Positions 36,635-63,995 of a stretch of 64,000 nt of DNA are shown piece by piece. The first letter of the stretch is position 1; the number at the start of each line of letters is the position of its first letter. A model generated the notes under the pieces. It was given only the letters and a program-made list of their open reading frames with translations, had not been told where the DNA came from and ran no database searches. The DNA is from Cetorhinus maximus (Eukaryota): the NCBI RefSeq assembly GCF_964194155.1, contig NC_135903.1, forward strand, positions 12,772,001 to 12,836,000, given 5' to 3'. The position numbers were made by a program, and so were the translations under genes.

Positions 36635-39279
36635 CAGTCATTTTACAATATGGGAGCCAGACTATTCGGGCACGCTCATCGAGGTTAGTTGCACGGATTA
36701 CAAATTTGCGGGTTCAGAAAGTGGAAGGGATGAGGAACCATGTACTTTTTATACCCACATGTTGCTTGATTGTGAGGATCAGGTAGCTGAAGTTGACGGG
36801 GTATCTGAAGATGGAGACAGTAATTTGGATGAAGAAGATGAGGCGATTTGTCCCAGAGGACAACAGCTGAAAGCTGGTTCTAAAGTTACATACTTGTCAG
36901 AAGGGGCCAGCCAATGGTGGGATGCGACGATTGTAGGTAGAGCAGGGAAGGCCACTGGAAAATATAAAAACTGGTTAAATGTACGAGATAAAGGACAGGA
37001 GATTAGGCCTATGGCCTGGGAACATGAAGTACAAAAATGGAATGAGTGGATATGCAGTATCAGTTCAGACAGTGGGTCTGGGAGTGAACATGCCTCCAGG
37101 AAGAGATTGCGAACTGTTGAAAGAACATCTATAAATGGGAGAGGGAGATCAAACAGTAACAGCCTGGAGCATGATAGAAGGCAGGATAGAGGGCGTAGCT
37201 TAACAAGATCAAGGGATATGGCACAGACTGGTAACGCTACAAGGAGCAGGAGTCCATGTGATCGAGAAGTCATAGTAGCTTCAAACAAATTAGACGATAA
37301 ATCAATAAAGGATGCCAAACAGCAAGAATTACATAGTTGGAAAGAATTTGGAGTATACACACAGGTGCCAGATAGGGGACAACCAGCTCTGTCTCCTAGA
37401 TGGGTATGCACAGGAAAAGGTGTTTGAAGAAATATTGGGTGACCGGGATATAAGAGTAGATTCACCTACAGCAGGGAAAGTTGTGCTGAAGATTTTTTTA
37501 GCTCCATTAGCTACAAGTGCTTGGGAATATAAGTCCATTGATATTAAGGCTGCTTTTTACAGATACACTAACTTCAAAGGGAAGTTTTTCTCCGCCCACC
37601 AAAATAGATGCCAAACGCAGAAGGGATTTTCTGAAAGCTAAATAAATGCGTTTACGGTTTAAATGATGCCTCCAGAGTTTGGCATTTCTCAGTGAGATCA
37701 GTTTTGTTAAAGTTCAGCTGTCTTCAGATGGAAGCAGACCTGGCAATGTTTTATTGGCACCATGGAGGGGAAACTTACAGGCATCTTTATGATGCATGTA
37801 GATAATTTTTTGTGGGGTGGTAGTAGTGAATTTGAAACAGTTGTCATTAACGGGCTCAGGATAGAGTTTAAAATTGGAAGTAAGGCTTCTGGTGCATTTA
37901 AGTACATTGGATTGGAAATCAGGCAGAGTGGATCACACATCCATTTATATCAGCAACCCTATCGCAATTAGTTGTGGTAGGGCCTCCCAAAAAGATACAA
38001 CGGCTTCTGGAACAGAAAAAGAGGAACTCAAAAGTCTAACTGGGCAACTCAATTGGCTAGGCAAACAAACAAGGCTAGATGTCAGTTTTGACTTTTTGGA
38101 ATTGAGCATTAAAGAGAACGACCCCGAGGTTGAAGAAATCATTCGGGCAAACGAAACATTGACAAAATTAAAAATGGAGCAGTGTGTTTTGAAATCCCAA
38201 TCTTCGGGTGATGTTAGAAAAATGAAACTGATTGTGTTCAGTGATGCGTCTTATGCAAAGCCGTGTGATGGATTTTCGAGTGTGGGAGCATTTATAATAT
38301 TTCTCATGGGGGAAATGGCTGCCCTTTGGCCTGGGAATCTAAAAAGACAGGAAGAGTTGTAAAAAGTATGTTGGTAGCGGAGACTCTTGCTGCTGTTAAG
38401 GCGGTAGATATGTAGATATGGCATTCTTTATATCAAAGACACTGGCTGAAGTTTTAAATGGGAAAGGGTATTCAAGAACAGTACCTTTCGAATGTCTTAT
38501 AGACAATAAGTCACTTTGGGAAAATGTTCACTCTACCAAGTGCGCTAACGAGAGGAGATTGAGAATTGACGCTGCAAGCTTAAAACAGATGCTTGAGAAT
38601 AAGGAGATTGCCAAAATCAAATGGATTGAGAGCAGCTACCCATTATCTGACTGCTTCACCAAAAGAGGAGCGAGCTCCAAGAGGTTACTAGAGATCCCCA
38701 AAGAGGGACATCTTTTTTTTAAAGAAAAAATACTTTTTTTGTGTGGCCTTACCTATACATGTGTTCTCTTTTTAAGGAGGGCACTAAGGTCAATTTATTG
38801 AATGAAAACATATATATTGATGTTTGTTATTACTATTAATTTTTTGTGATTAATTAAACTCAGGGTTACTTTCTTTTTAAGAAGAGGGGAATCTGTTAGG
38901 GAAGGAAACAGTTAAAAGAAGCTCAATTGCTAATTATTAGGTTGTTTAACTAAATACCCATTTAGCTGAGACTGGTGCTGTCTGTGGAGTGTTTTATGAC
39001 AAACAATAACTCTGTCTGAGGCAGTCTGTCTTGGTTTCGGTCTTCATTTCTAAACAACTATTGGAATTTAACAATCACCTTCCTACATCAGACTCCATTG
39101 CTGACTGAGAGTGGAATAACCTTTTCTGCCCTGCCCAAAATATATTTAGAAATAATAAACAGAAGTGTTCAAAGAATTTTTTAAAAAAACTTTATTTAAT
39201 ACTCAGTGATGTTTCTCCCAGGTTTTGCTTTGCAGCAACAATATCCCAGAGATTAATCTTTAATTCCTGGAGATGAACA

Positions 39280-42020
39280 TACAAATGGAGAGCAGGAGTA
39301 GGCCATTCAGCCCCTTGAGCCTGCTCTGCTATCCAACAAGATCATTGGCTGACCTGGTTGTGGTCTCAACTCCACTTTGTCATCTGCCTCCCATAACCCT
39401 TGACTCCCTTGTCTAACAAAAATCTATCCAACTCAGCCTTGAATATATTCAATGATACGGCCTCCACTGCTCTCTGGGGAAGACAATTCCACAGGCTAAT
39501 GATCCTCAGAGAAAAACATTTCCCTCATCTTAATTTTTAAATCTGTGTCTCCTCGCTCTAGTCTCTCCCACGAGGGGAAACATCCTTTCAGCATCCACCC
39601 AGTCAAGTCCCTTCAGGATCTCATATGTTTCAATAAGATAGAAATCTGAATCTTAACTCCAATGGATACAGGCCCAACCTGTCCAACCTTTCCCCGTAGG
39701 TTAACCCCTCATCCCGGGAATCAGTCGAGTGAACCTTCTCTGAACTGCTTCTAATGCAATCATGTCCTTTCTTAAATAAGGAGACCAAAACGGTACACGG
39801 TAATCTCGGTGTGGGTCTGAATAATACAGGGAGGGTGGAGTGAAGGCTCACCCCACCTGGAAGTAAAGTCAGCGTGGAGCTGACCCACTCCACACCAGCT
39901 CACTCACGCAGCCATAACACTGCAGGCAGGTTAACTAGGGGCAGTGTGGGCCCTCCACCCCTCACCGGAGAGGGGGCTGCCGGCCAATCTGATCAGCCGG
40001 TGGCTCCACCAGTCCCGGCAGCACCAAGACACCTTAGTGGCCACTGTTGGTACTGCAAGAAGGCCCAGGGCTCCCCGAAGCTGGTAAATCCAGGGTCTTG
40101 GTCAGTGAGGGTTTCAGCTGGTCAGGGAGGGGGTTGGAGGGTTTGGGTTTTAGGCTTGGGGGGTGCGGTTGTTTAGGAAGAACAGGGGGAGTTAAATCTA
40201 AGGCCCCCCCCACCCCCCCCCCGATCTGCAAAGGGCACCCCCCAAGGATTAAACAGCCCTTCCTGCCCTTTGAAGGGTCCATTTTAACAATTCCGGCTGC
40301 CCCCTCCCAGCCGGCTGCCCCCTCCCCCTCCCGGCCCGGCTGCCCCCTCCCCCTCCCGGCCTGGCTGCCCCCTCCCCCTCCCGCCCCGGCTGCCCCTTCC
40401 CCCTCCCGCCCGGCTGCCCCCTCCCCCTCCCGCCCGGCTGCCCCTTCCCCCTCCCACCTGGCTGCCCCCTCCCCCTCCCGCCCGGCTGCCCCTTCCCCCT
40501 CCCGGCTCGGCTGCCCCCTCCCATCTCCCGGCCCGGCTGCCCCCTCCCCCTCCCGCCCGGCTGCCCCTTCCCCCTCCCGGCCCGGCTGCCCCCTCCCACC
40601 TGGCTGCCCCCTCCCCCTCCCGCCCGGCTGCCCCTTCCCCCTCCCGGCCCGGCTGCCCCTTCCCCCTCCCGGCCCGGCTGCCCCTTCCCCCTCCCGGCCC
40701 GGCTGCCCCCTCCCCCTCCCGCCCGGCTGCCCCCTCCCCCTCCCGGCCCGGCTGCCCCTTCCCCCTCCCGCCCGGCTGCCCCCTCCCCCTCACGCCCGGC
40801 TGCCCCCTCCCCCTCCCGCCCGGCTGCCCCCTCCCCCTCCCGGCTCGGCTGCCCCCTCCCATCTCCCGGCCCGGCTGCCCCCTCCCCCTCCCGCCCGGCT
40901 GCCCCCTCCCCCTCCCGCCCGGCTGCCCCCTCCCCCTCCCGGCCCGGCTGCCCCCTCCCCCTCCCGGCCCGGCTGCCCCCTCCCCCTCCCGGCCCGGCTG
41001 CCCCCTCCCCCTCCCGGCCCGGCTGCCCCCTCCCCCTCCCGGCCCGGCTGCCCCCTCCCCCTCACGCCCGGCTGCCCCCTCCCCCTCCCGGCCCGGCTGC
41101 CCCCTCCCCCTCCCGGCCCGGCTGCCCCCTCCCCCTCCCGGCCCGGCTTCCCCCTCCCCCTCCCGGCCCGGCTTCCCCCTCCCCCTCCCGGCCCGGCTGT
41201 CCAAGTGAAATGTTTTCCGGTGTGGGGAGTGTATTATCAGGGTTAATCGGTAATGAGCCTAATTGACCCTTGATTAGTTATTTAAATATGTCAGGCCGGC
41301 TGAAATTTCAGTAGCCATCCTCCTGCCCTGCCCCCCTATTGTGGAGGTGATGGGGTGAGCTCAGGGGTGGGTGGGAAGCTGTTGGGGGCACCCCCCCTAT
41401 TTTACCGTGCCCCTCTGCCAGAAACACACCCAGAGGAGGCATGTGAAATGCAGCCTGTGGTCTCACCCAGGCCCAATACAACTGTGGCAAAACATCCCTG
41501 CTTTTACACTCCATCCCCCTCACAATAAACACCGACATTCCATTTCCCTTCCTGATCACTGTACCTACATACTAACTTTTCCTGATTCATGTACCAGGAC
41601 ACCCAGATCCCTCTGTACCTCAGAGTTCTGCAATCTCTCTCCATTTAAATAATATGCTGCTTTTCTATTCTTCCTGCCAAAGTGGACAAGTTCACATTTT
41701 CCCAAATTTTACTCCATCTGCCAAATTTCTGCCCACTCACTTAACCTATCTATATCCCTTCGCAGACTCCTTATGTCCTCTTCACAAATTACTTTCCGAC
41801 CGATCTTTGAGCCATCAGCAAGTTTAACAACCATAGATTCAGTCCCTTCAACCAGATCATTGACATAAATTGTAAATAATTGAGGCCCCAGCACTGATCC
41901 CTGTGGCACTGCACTAATTACAGCTTACCGGCCTGGAAAACACCCATTTATGCCTACTCCCTATTTCCCCTTAGCTGACCATTCCTCTATTCATGCTGAT
42001 ATGTTACCCCCCCAACACCA
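39280..42020 (-). mobile_element. CR1 LINE 3' part, split by a MITE insertion (39814-41456)
   Basis: PQGSVLGPQLFTIYVNDL..KLADGSKIG (41709-41909) and ..YGERLDRLGLYPLE.. The CR1 sequence rejoins across the insert, which has a GTG duplication. Confidence 0.8.
40294..41198. repeat. GC-rich minisatellite, ~21-22 bp unit CCGGCTGCCCCCTCCCCCTCCC(G)
   Basis: About 40 tandem copies are directly visible. Confidence 0.95.
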
Positions 42021-42109
42021 TGAGCTCTAAGAGATTCCAGGGCTTTCCTGATATGTTGGCAACCCCTACATCCAGACTGAGGGAGAAGTGGGCTTGGGCA
42101 GGTCAGAGG

Positions 42110-42670
42110 CTGGGAATCCTGTGGTGAGTAACTCACCTCCTGACTCCCCAAACCCTGTCCACCATCTACAAGGCACAAGTCAGGAGTGTGATGGAATACT
42201 CTCCACTTGTCTGGATGAGTGCAGCTCCCACAACACTCAGGAAGCTTGACACCGTCCAGGACAAAGCAGCCCACTTGATTGGCACCCTATCCACAAATGT
42301 TCACTCTCTCCACCATTGACACACAGTGTGTACCATCTACAAGATGCACTGCAGGAACTCACCAAGGCTCCTTAGACAGCACCCTCCAAATCCATAACCA
42401 CTAACATCTAGAAGGACAAGGGCAGCAGATAGATGGGAACACCATCACATGGAAGCTCCCCTCCAAGTCACTCAGCATCCTGACTTGGAAATATAGCACC
42501 ATTCCTTCACTGTCACTGGGTCAAAATCCTGGAACTCCCTCCCTAACAGCACTGTGGGTGTACCTACACCACATGGACTGCAGCGGTTCAAGAAGGCAGC
42601 TCACCACCACCTTCTCAAGGGCAATTCGGGGTGAGAAATAAATGCTGGCCCAGCCTGTGAAGCCCACGCC
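42110..42670 (+). mobile_element. CR1/Jockey-group LINE 3' portion
   Basis: Near-identical to 21460-22000. Confidence 0.8.
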
Positions 42671-42675
42671 CGGTG

Positions 42676-44062
42676 NNNNNNNNNNNNNNNNNNNNNNNNN
42701 NNNNNNNNNNNNNNNNNNNNNNNNNNNNNNNNNNNNNNNNNNNNNNNNNNNNNNNNNNNNNNNNNNNNNNNNNNNNNNNNNNNNNNNNNNNNNNNNNNNN
42801 NNNNNNNNNNNNNNNNNNNNNNNNNNNNNNNNNNNNNNNNNNNNNNNNNNNNNNNNNNNNNNNNNNNNNNNNNNNNNNNNNNNNNNNNNNNNNNNNNNNN
42901 NNNNNNNNNNNNNNNNNNNNNNNNNNNNNNNNNNNNNNNNNNNNNNNNNNNNNNNNNNNNNNNNNNNNNNNNNNNNNNNNNNNNNNNNNNNNNNNNNNNN
43001 NNNNNNNNNNNNNNNNNNNNNNNNNNNNNNNNNNNNNNNNNNNNNNNNNNNNNNNNNNNNNNNNNNNNNNNNNNNNNNNNNNNNNNNNNNNNNNNNNNNN
43101 NNNNNNNNNNNNNNNNNNNNNNNNNNNNNNNNNNNNNNNNNNNNNNNNNNNNNNNNNNNNNNNNNNNNNNNNNNNNNNNNNNNNNNNNNNNNNNNNNNNN
43201 NNNNNNNNNNNNNNNNNNNNNNNNNNNNNNNNNNNNNNNNNNNNNNNNNNNNNNNNNNNNNNNNNNNNNNNNNNNNNNNNNNNNNNNNNNNNNNNNNNNN
43301 NNNNNNNNNNNNNNNNNNNNNNNNNNNTGTGTGCGGGTNNNNNNNNNNNNNNNNNNNNNNNNNNNNNNNNNNNNNNNNNNNNNNNNNNNNNNNNNNNNNN
43401 NNNNNNNNNNNNNNNNNNNNNNNNNNNNNNNNNNNNNNNNNNNNNNNNNNNNNNNNNNNNNNNNNNNNNNNNNNNNNNNNNNNNNNNNNNNNNNNNNNNN
43501 NNNNNNNNNNNNNNNNNNNNNNNNNNNNNNNNNNNNNNNNNNNNNNNNNNNNNNNNNNNNNNNNNNNNNNNNNNNNNNNNNNNNNNNNNNNNNNNNNNNN
43601 NNNNNNNNNNNNNNNNNNNNNNNNNNNNNNNNNNNNNNNNNNNNNNNNNNNNNNNNNNNNNNNNNNNNNNNNNNNNNNNNNNNNNNNNNNNNNNNNNNNN
43701 NNNNNNNNNNNNNNNNNNNNNNNNNNNNNNNNNNNNNNNNNNNNNNNNNNNNNNNNNNNNNNNNNNNNNNNNNNNNNNNNNNNNNNNNNNNNNNNNNNNN
43801 NNNNNNNNNNNNNNNNNNNNNNNNNNNNNNNNNNNNNNNNNNNNNNNNNNNNNNNNNNNNNNNNNNNNNNNNNNNNNNNNNNNNNNNNNNNNNNNNNNNN
43901 NNNNNNNNNNNNNNNNNNNNNNNNNNNNNNNNNNNNNNNNNNNGTGTGTGGGGCTGTGTGTGTGGGTGTGTGTGGGGCTGTGTGTGTGGGTGTGTGTGGG
44001 GGTGTGTGTGTGTGTGGGTCTGTGTGTGTGAGTGTGTGTGGGGGTGTGTGTGGGGGTGTGTG
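42676..44062. other. N runs (42676-43327, 43339-43943) adjoining TG-rich simple repeat
   Basis: N bases; GTGTGG/TG repeat at 43944-44062. Confidence 0.95.
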
Positions 44063-44927
44063 TTAGGGTCAGGCTTGGATCAGTAGGTAGCACTCACCCT
44101 GGAGTCAGGGGTTGTGGACTCAAGTCTCACTCCAGGAAAGTGTGTAATCCAGGAGAATCCACCTGGCGCTGTCCTGAGGGAGTGCTGCACTGTTGGAAGT
44201 GTTGTTTGTTAAACTCCGGACCAGGACCCTGTCCGGTCAGCCCTCTCACATGGATGTAAAAGATTCCCTGGCACAATTTTGAAGAGGAGCAAGTGAATTA
44301 TCCTCCGTGTCCTGGCCAACATGTCTCATTCCAGTCAGCACTAATCTGGTCATTATCGCATGACTGTTTGTGGGAGCTTGCTGTGCATAATTTAGATCTG
44401 TGTTTCCTACATTACTGCAGTGACTAAAGTTCAAAAAAGGGTTTTGGGATATTCTGGGGTTGTGAAAGGCACTATGGAAATGCAAGTCCCTTCAAGTGTA
44501 TGCAAACAAACATTTGTAGATCTTTGTGTGTGAATTTGTACATGCACCTTGCTGCACAATATTAGGAAAGTGAGTATGTGTCTGTGAGGGAAGAAACAAA
44601 TGGACCGACAATGGCCCAAAACATTCAAGCTGCTGCATAGCACCAAATTGACTTCCAAGTGTTCTGAGAGGCTGCATGATTTTAAACTGCACAACATTAA
44701 ATCATTCACATCTCTCCGTCTATCCAGGACCGGCCTTGAAGAATGTTGATTGTCACTGGCTTTACACAGGTTAATGTTGGATGTGCTAACTGAGCTGGCT
44801 GTTGGGGTATTTTTTTTATTCAGTTATTTTTGGGGCAGTATTGCTTTATGCTAATGATGCTGTCTGTGTCCTGCAGCAGGTCTGTGCTCTGCAGGCTTTG
44901 CCAGCCTGTTAATACCCAGTTAGTGCC

Positions 44928-59007
<14,080 letters not shown>

Positions 59008-59361
59008 TGAGCAGTGAGATTTCACAATTCCCATTTCTTAGGAGCTTAACGTTGCCTTTATATGTCATGTCTCTTTTTTATTTAAATGTGAGTCATACGC
59101 TGACCCTATCTTCACTTGATGTTGATGCACACACTTTCCAGCAGGGGTCAGGATCACAGGACAGTGATCGGTGTGGGGGTGGGGGGTGTGGCCAGTGAGG
59201 AGGGTGGGGAGGAAATGTTGGCTGACTTATGTCGCTACCCCGGGGGAGGGGTTGCTAACTCAACAACAACAACTTGCATTTATATAGCACCTTTAATGTA
59301 GTAAAAGATCCAAAGGCGTTTTAACAAGAGTGTTATCGAACAGAATTCCACACTGACCCAT

Positions 59362-60186
59362 TGTTATGACCAAGCAGTTGGTAAAGGCTGAGTTATTTTT
59401 TTTTAAATCCCAGAGGGAAACTTTAAACAACTGTCATAACCTATCATTTTAAATGTTATGTTTGAGATGCAGCTCTAAATTCAGGAATCAGACCCCCAGT
59501 GCTCGAGAGGTTTTATATTAAGCTAAATGAAACATCTTATTAATTTACACAAGTTAAATATACACATAAGATTAAACATCCACAAGATCCGATGCTGCCA
59601 GACCTGCTGAGTTTTTCCAGGTAATTCTGTTTTTGTTTTAAATATACACTTGGCTACAAATTCCTACTATCATAACTTTTAACAAATTCCCAAACTAATC
59701 TCCATTAAGGCAACAGCAACCCATAGACTTAACCAGACACCAGGCAAAGCATTTTCACCGCACAAATTCAAAATGAGGTTCTTTTCACTTTGGTTCCTGT
59801 GGAGCCAGTTGGAGGCTTACAGCTGCTTTTGATCTCACATTGCCTCTGCTCTACATGCGCACACACAATGGTTGTCTTGTTATACTAGCACAGCCCATTG
59901 AATGTTAATTCTCATTGTATCACCAGCCACTTCTAACAATAAAACCCCTTTAATATTACCAATTTTGTTAGCAAGATAAACATATTGCTTAGTCTTTGCT
60001 GGCTAGGTGCCACTTTTTGAATGCTCTATTCAAAAAAATGCAAATGCACTCTACCTCTCTTACATCTCAAAACTAGTGCACATCAAAGCACCCAGACTAG
60101 CTGGCTTTAATCCAATTAGACTAAACCTCTATTTTAAAAGAAAAATATTTTGAAATAATATTATATACATTAATAGCTTCATGACA
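59362..60186. mobile_element. Solo-LTR-like element inserted in an L2 fragment
   Basis: TGTTATGA...TCATGACA inverted ends, flanked by CCCAT / CCCAG; the L2-like sequence resumes on both sides. Confidence 0.55.
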
Positions 60187-60774
60187 CCCAGGCAAGGAGA
60201 TATTAGAACAGGTGATGCAAAGCTTTGTTTAAAAAAAAGTATGTTTTAAGGAGCATCACAACAGGGGGACAGTAAGATTGAGAAGCAGAGAGATTTAGGG
60301 AGGAAATTCCAGAGCGTGAGGCCCAGGCAACTGAAGTCACGGCTGCCAATGGTGGAGTGATTAAAATCAGGATACTCAAGAGTCCAGGATTAGAGGAGTG
60401 AGGAGATCTCGGAAGGTTGTAGGGCTGGAGGTGATTACGTGCTAGGGAGGGGCGAGGCCATGGAGGGATTTGAACACAAGGATGAGAATTTTAAAATCGA
60501 GGTGTTGCCCAAACAGGAGTCAAGATGCTGTTGCTTCAAGTAGGATTAAATAAAGCAGAACAGGCAAGGAATCAACCTGGGGTTTTCCTGCTCTTTTGGC
60601 TCCCAGTTGCACGCCAGGCAGTGCATCTCACACTCAGCTTTCTGTGAGTCAATGGTGTCCAGCACTGAGAGGTTATAACTATCAGAAAAAGCTGAATAGG
60701 CTGTGTAGTATAAAGGTCTGGCACATTTAGGATTAATGTGAGACTGAGTACAGTACCGCCCACTCAGTGATGTA

Positions 60775-63391
60775 GAACATAAGAAATAGGAACAAGAGTA
60801 GACCATTCGGCCCCTCGAGCCTGCTCCGCCATTCAATAAGATCATGGCTGATCTTCTTGTGTTTTGATTTTCACATTTCCATCTACCCCCGATACCCTTT
60901 GACTCCCTTGCCTAACAATAATCTATCTACCTCTGCCTTAAAAATATTCAGTGACCCCGCCTCCACCACCTTCTGAGGCAGAGAGTTCCAAAGTTGCACA
61001 ACCCTCAGAGAAAAAAATTCTCCTCATCTCTGTCCTAAAAGGGCGCCCCCTAATTTTAAAACAGTGCCCCCTAGTTCTGGACTTGCCCACAAGAGGAAAC
61101 ATCCTTTCGAGGTCCACCTTGTCAAGGCTGTTCAGGATCTTGTATACTTCAATCAGTTCACCTCTCACTCTTCTAAACTCCAGTGGAAACAAACCCAGTC
61201 TGTCCAACCTTTCCTCATAAGACAATCCACTCATTCTAGGTATCAATCTGGTAAACCTCCTCTGAACCACCCCCAACGCATTTACATCCTTCCTTAAATA
61301 AGGAGACCAAAACTGCACACAGTATTCGAGGTGTGGTCTCACCAATGCCCTGTATAACTGAAGCACAACATCCTTACTTTTATGTTCAGTCCCTCTCGTA
61401 ATAAAGGATAGCATTCCATTAGCCTTCTTAATTACTTGCTGGACCTGCAAACTAACTTTTTGAGACTAGTGTACTAGAACACCCAGATCCCTCTGCACCT
61501 CAGAATTATGAGCCATCCTCCATTTAAGTAATACTCTGCTTTTTTGTTCTTCCTGCCAAAACGAACAACTTCACATTTTCCCACATTAAACTCCATTTGC
61601 CAGACCTTTGCCCACTCACTCAACCTATCTACAATCCATCTGCAACCTCCTCATGTCCTCTTCACAACATACTTTCCTACCTATCTTTGTATTATCTGCA
61701 AATTTAGCTACCATGCCTTCACTCCTCTCGTCTAAGTCATTGATGTAAATCATAAAAAATTGAGGCTGTAGTACAGTCTCGTCACATCCTGCCAATCAGA
61801 AAAATACCCATTTATGCATACTTTCTGCTTTCTGCCAGCCAGCCAATCTTCTGTCCATGCTAATGTTACCCCCTACACCATGCGCTTTTATTTTCCATAA
61901 TAATCTTTAATGTGGCACCTTATCAAATGCCTTCTGGAAATCCAAGTACAGCACATCCACAGGCTCCCCTTTATCCACTGCGCATGTTACTCCTTCAAAG
62001 AACTCCAATAAATTGGTTAAACATGATTTTCCTTTCACAAAACCATGCTGACTTTTCCCGATTGCCTTGAGATCTTCTAAGTGCCCAGCTATAACCTCCT
62101 TAAAGATTGATTCTAATAACTTCCCCACAATAAACGTCAACTGGCCTATAGTTTCCTGTTTCCTGCCTCCCTCCCTTCTTGAATACAGGGGTTATATTTG
62201 CTACTTTCCAATCCGATGGAACCTTTCCAGGATCTAGCAAATTTTGGAAAATTAACACCAGCACATCGACTCCCTCATTAGCCTCTTTTAAGATCCTAGG
62301 ATGTAGCCCATCGGGACTCAGAGACTTGCCAGCCCCCAGCTCCATCAATTTGTTCAGTACTGTTTTCTTAGTGATTTCAATTCCACCAAGTTCCTTTCTC
62401 CTGTTCACCTCCTGATTTGCAGCTATTACTGGAATGTTTTTTGTATCCTCTATAGTGAACACAGAAGCAAAATATTTGTTAATTTCTTCTGCCATTTCCT
62501 TATTATCTATTATTAACTCCCCACTGTCACTCTCTTGAGGATCAACATTCACTTTGCTTACTCTTTTCCTGTTTAAATACCTGTAGAAACTCTTGCTGTC
62601 CATTTTTACATTTCTAGCTACCATCCTCTCATACTCTAATTTCTTTCTCCTTTTAGTCATTCTCTGCTCTTCTTTATATTCTGTCCAATCATCTTTCCTG
62701 CCACTCATCTTTGTGGAGTTATATGCTTTTTCATTAAGTTTGATGCTTTCCTTAACATCTTTAGTTAACTACGGATGGTGGGCCCTCCCCTTAGAGTTTT
62801 TCTTTATAGTAGGAATGTACTTATTCTGAATACTCTGAAATATCCCCTTAAATGTTCCCCACTGCTTCTCTATTGATCTATCCTCTAGCCTTGTTTCCTA
62901 GTTAACTTCAGGTAGCTCAGCTTTTATCCTTGCATAGTTGCCCTTATTTAAGATTAAGATACTAGTCTTAGACCCACTCTTCCCCTTTCAAACTGGATGT
63001 AAAATTCAAACATATTGTGGTCGCTGCTACCTATGGGTGCCTTTACTCTGAGGTCATTAATTAATCCTGTCTCGTTATGCAATGCCACGTCTAATATTAC
63101 CTGCTCTCTGGTTGGTTCCAGAATGTGCTGATCTGAGAAACCATCTCGAAAGCAGTCTATGAACTCATCATCCAGGTTACTACTGTCAATCTGATTTTTC
63201 CAGTTTATGTGTAGAGTAAAATCACCCATGATTATTGCTGTCCCTTTATCACAAGCACACAATATTTTCTCTTGAATACTTTGCCGTACACTGTGGTTAC
63301 TGTTAGGGGGCCTGTAGACCACTCCCAATAATGACTTTTTTTCCCTATTATTCCTCATCTCCACCCAAACCGATTCTACATCCTGATCTCC
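60775..63391 (-). mobile_element. Long CR1 LINE ORF2 remnant (endonuclease + RT + 3' tail)
   Basis: GVVYRPPNS..IIMGDF (APE); KSLSPDGLHPRILKE..DWKVANITPVFKKG; QHGFVKGKSCLTNLLEFFE..YLDFQKAFDKVPH; LYRALVRPHLEYCVQFWSP..TRGHCFKIRG. Confidence 0.92.
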
Positions 63392-63584
63392 TGTAAGACC
63401 CACACTTAGCGGTCAGTTGAGTATTAGACAGAGCTGTGTGTACCAGCAAGCATGGAGACCATTCCTAGCTTGTACCCTTTACTGTATATTTGTAAATAGT
63501 TCTAAGAGTCAATGAAGATTTACAGTTAATCTGTGTATGGCGACTTCTCAAGACCTACCGAACTGTAACCATCACCCTACAACA
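63392..63584 (+). mobile_element. Possible short solo LTR
   Basis: TGTAAG...ACAACA with CTCC/CTCT flanks; it truncates the CR1. Confidence 0.35.
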
Positions 63585-63669
63585 CTCTATATCAGGTTGG
63601 GTCTCTTTGTCACTAGAAAAGAAAAGACTCAGGGGTGGTCTGAGAGAGGAATAGATAAAAGTAAGGTTT

Positions 63670-63995
63670 TCATTTAAAAGGACTTCCAGCCCCACAACCC
63701 TCCGAGATCTCTACACTCATATCATTCTCGCCTCTTGAACATTCCCGTTTTAATTGCTCCACCATAGCTTTCAGCTGCTTTGGCCTGAAGCTCTGAAATT
63801 CCCTCCCTAATCCTCTCCACCATCTGCCTCTCTCTCCTCCTTTAAGACACGGCAATTCTTTGAACAAATCTTTGGCCGTCTGCCCTGTTATCTTCTTACA
63901 TGTCTCCGTGTTCAGTTGTGTTTTAAAGTGTTCCTGTGAAGCATCCTTGGGGCATCCATTGAAGGTGCCATATAAGTAAAGGTTGTTGTTGGAAA
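63670..63995 (+). mobile_element. L2-type LINE/SINE 3' tail (reverse-oriented relatives at ~4480, 7730-8000, 14340-14550, 17080-17280, 27420-27660, 31220-31400, 59260, 60190-60510)
   Basis: Shared motif CTCTGGAATTCCCTCCCTAAAC..TCTCCTCCTTTAAGA..CTTTGACCAAGCTTTTGGTCA. Confidence 0.6.

Larger units (their letters stand above)
32481..39073 (+). mobile_element. Full-length decayed Ty1/copia LTR retrotransposon, GalEa-like
   Basis: 5' LTR 32481-32665 and 3' LTR 38894-39073 (TG...CA); TSD ATCAC at 32476-32480 and 39074-39078; PBS 32667-32684; PPT 38879-38890. Domain order is gag knuckle CFRCDSKYHYAMNC (33575-33616), protease LDSGCTSTVCG, integrase (ALDLKVW, FLTDN), RT (RWVC, DIKAAF, YGLNDASR, HVDNF), RNase H (FSDAS, DNKSL, SDCFTK). 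Many stops and frameshifts. Confidence 0.93.

Noticed and set aside
36411-37427. 338-aa ORF as a novel gene
   Set aside because: Chimeric read-through from the Penelope 3' UTR into the copia pol frame.
40047-41246. 399-aa Pro-rich ORF and opposite-strand Gly/Arg-rich ORFs
   Set aside because: Translations of a stop-free GC minisatellite, open in several frames; no splice or domain support.
42615-44093. 250-490 aa ORFs
   Set aside because: Made almost entirely of N-derived X residues.
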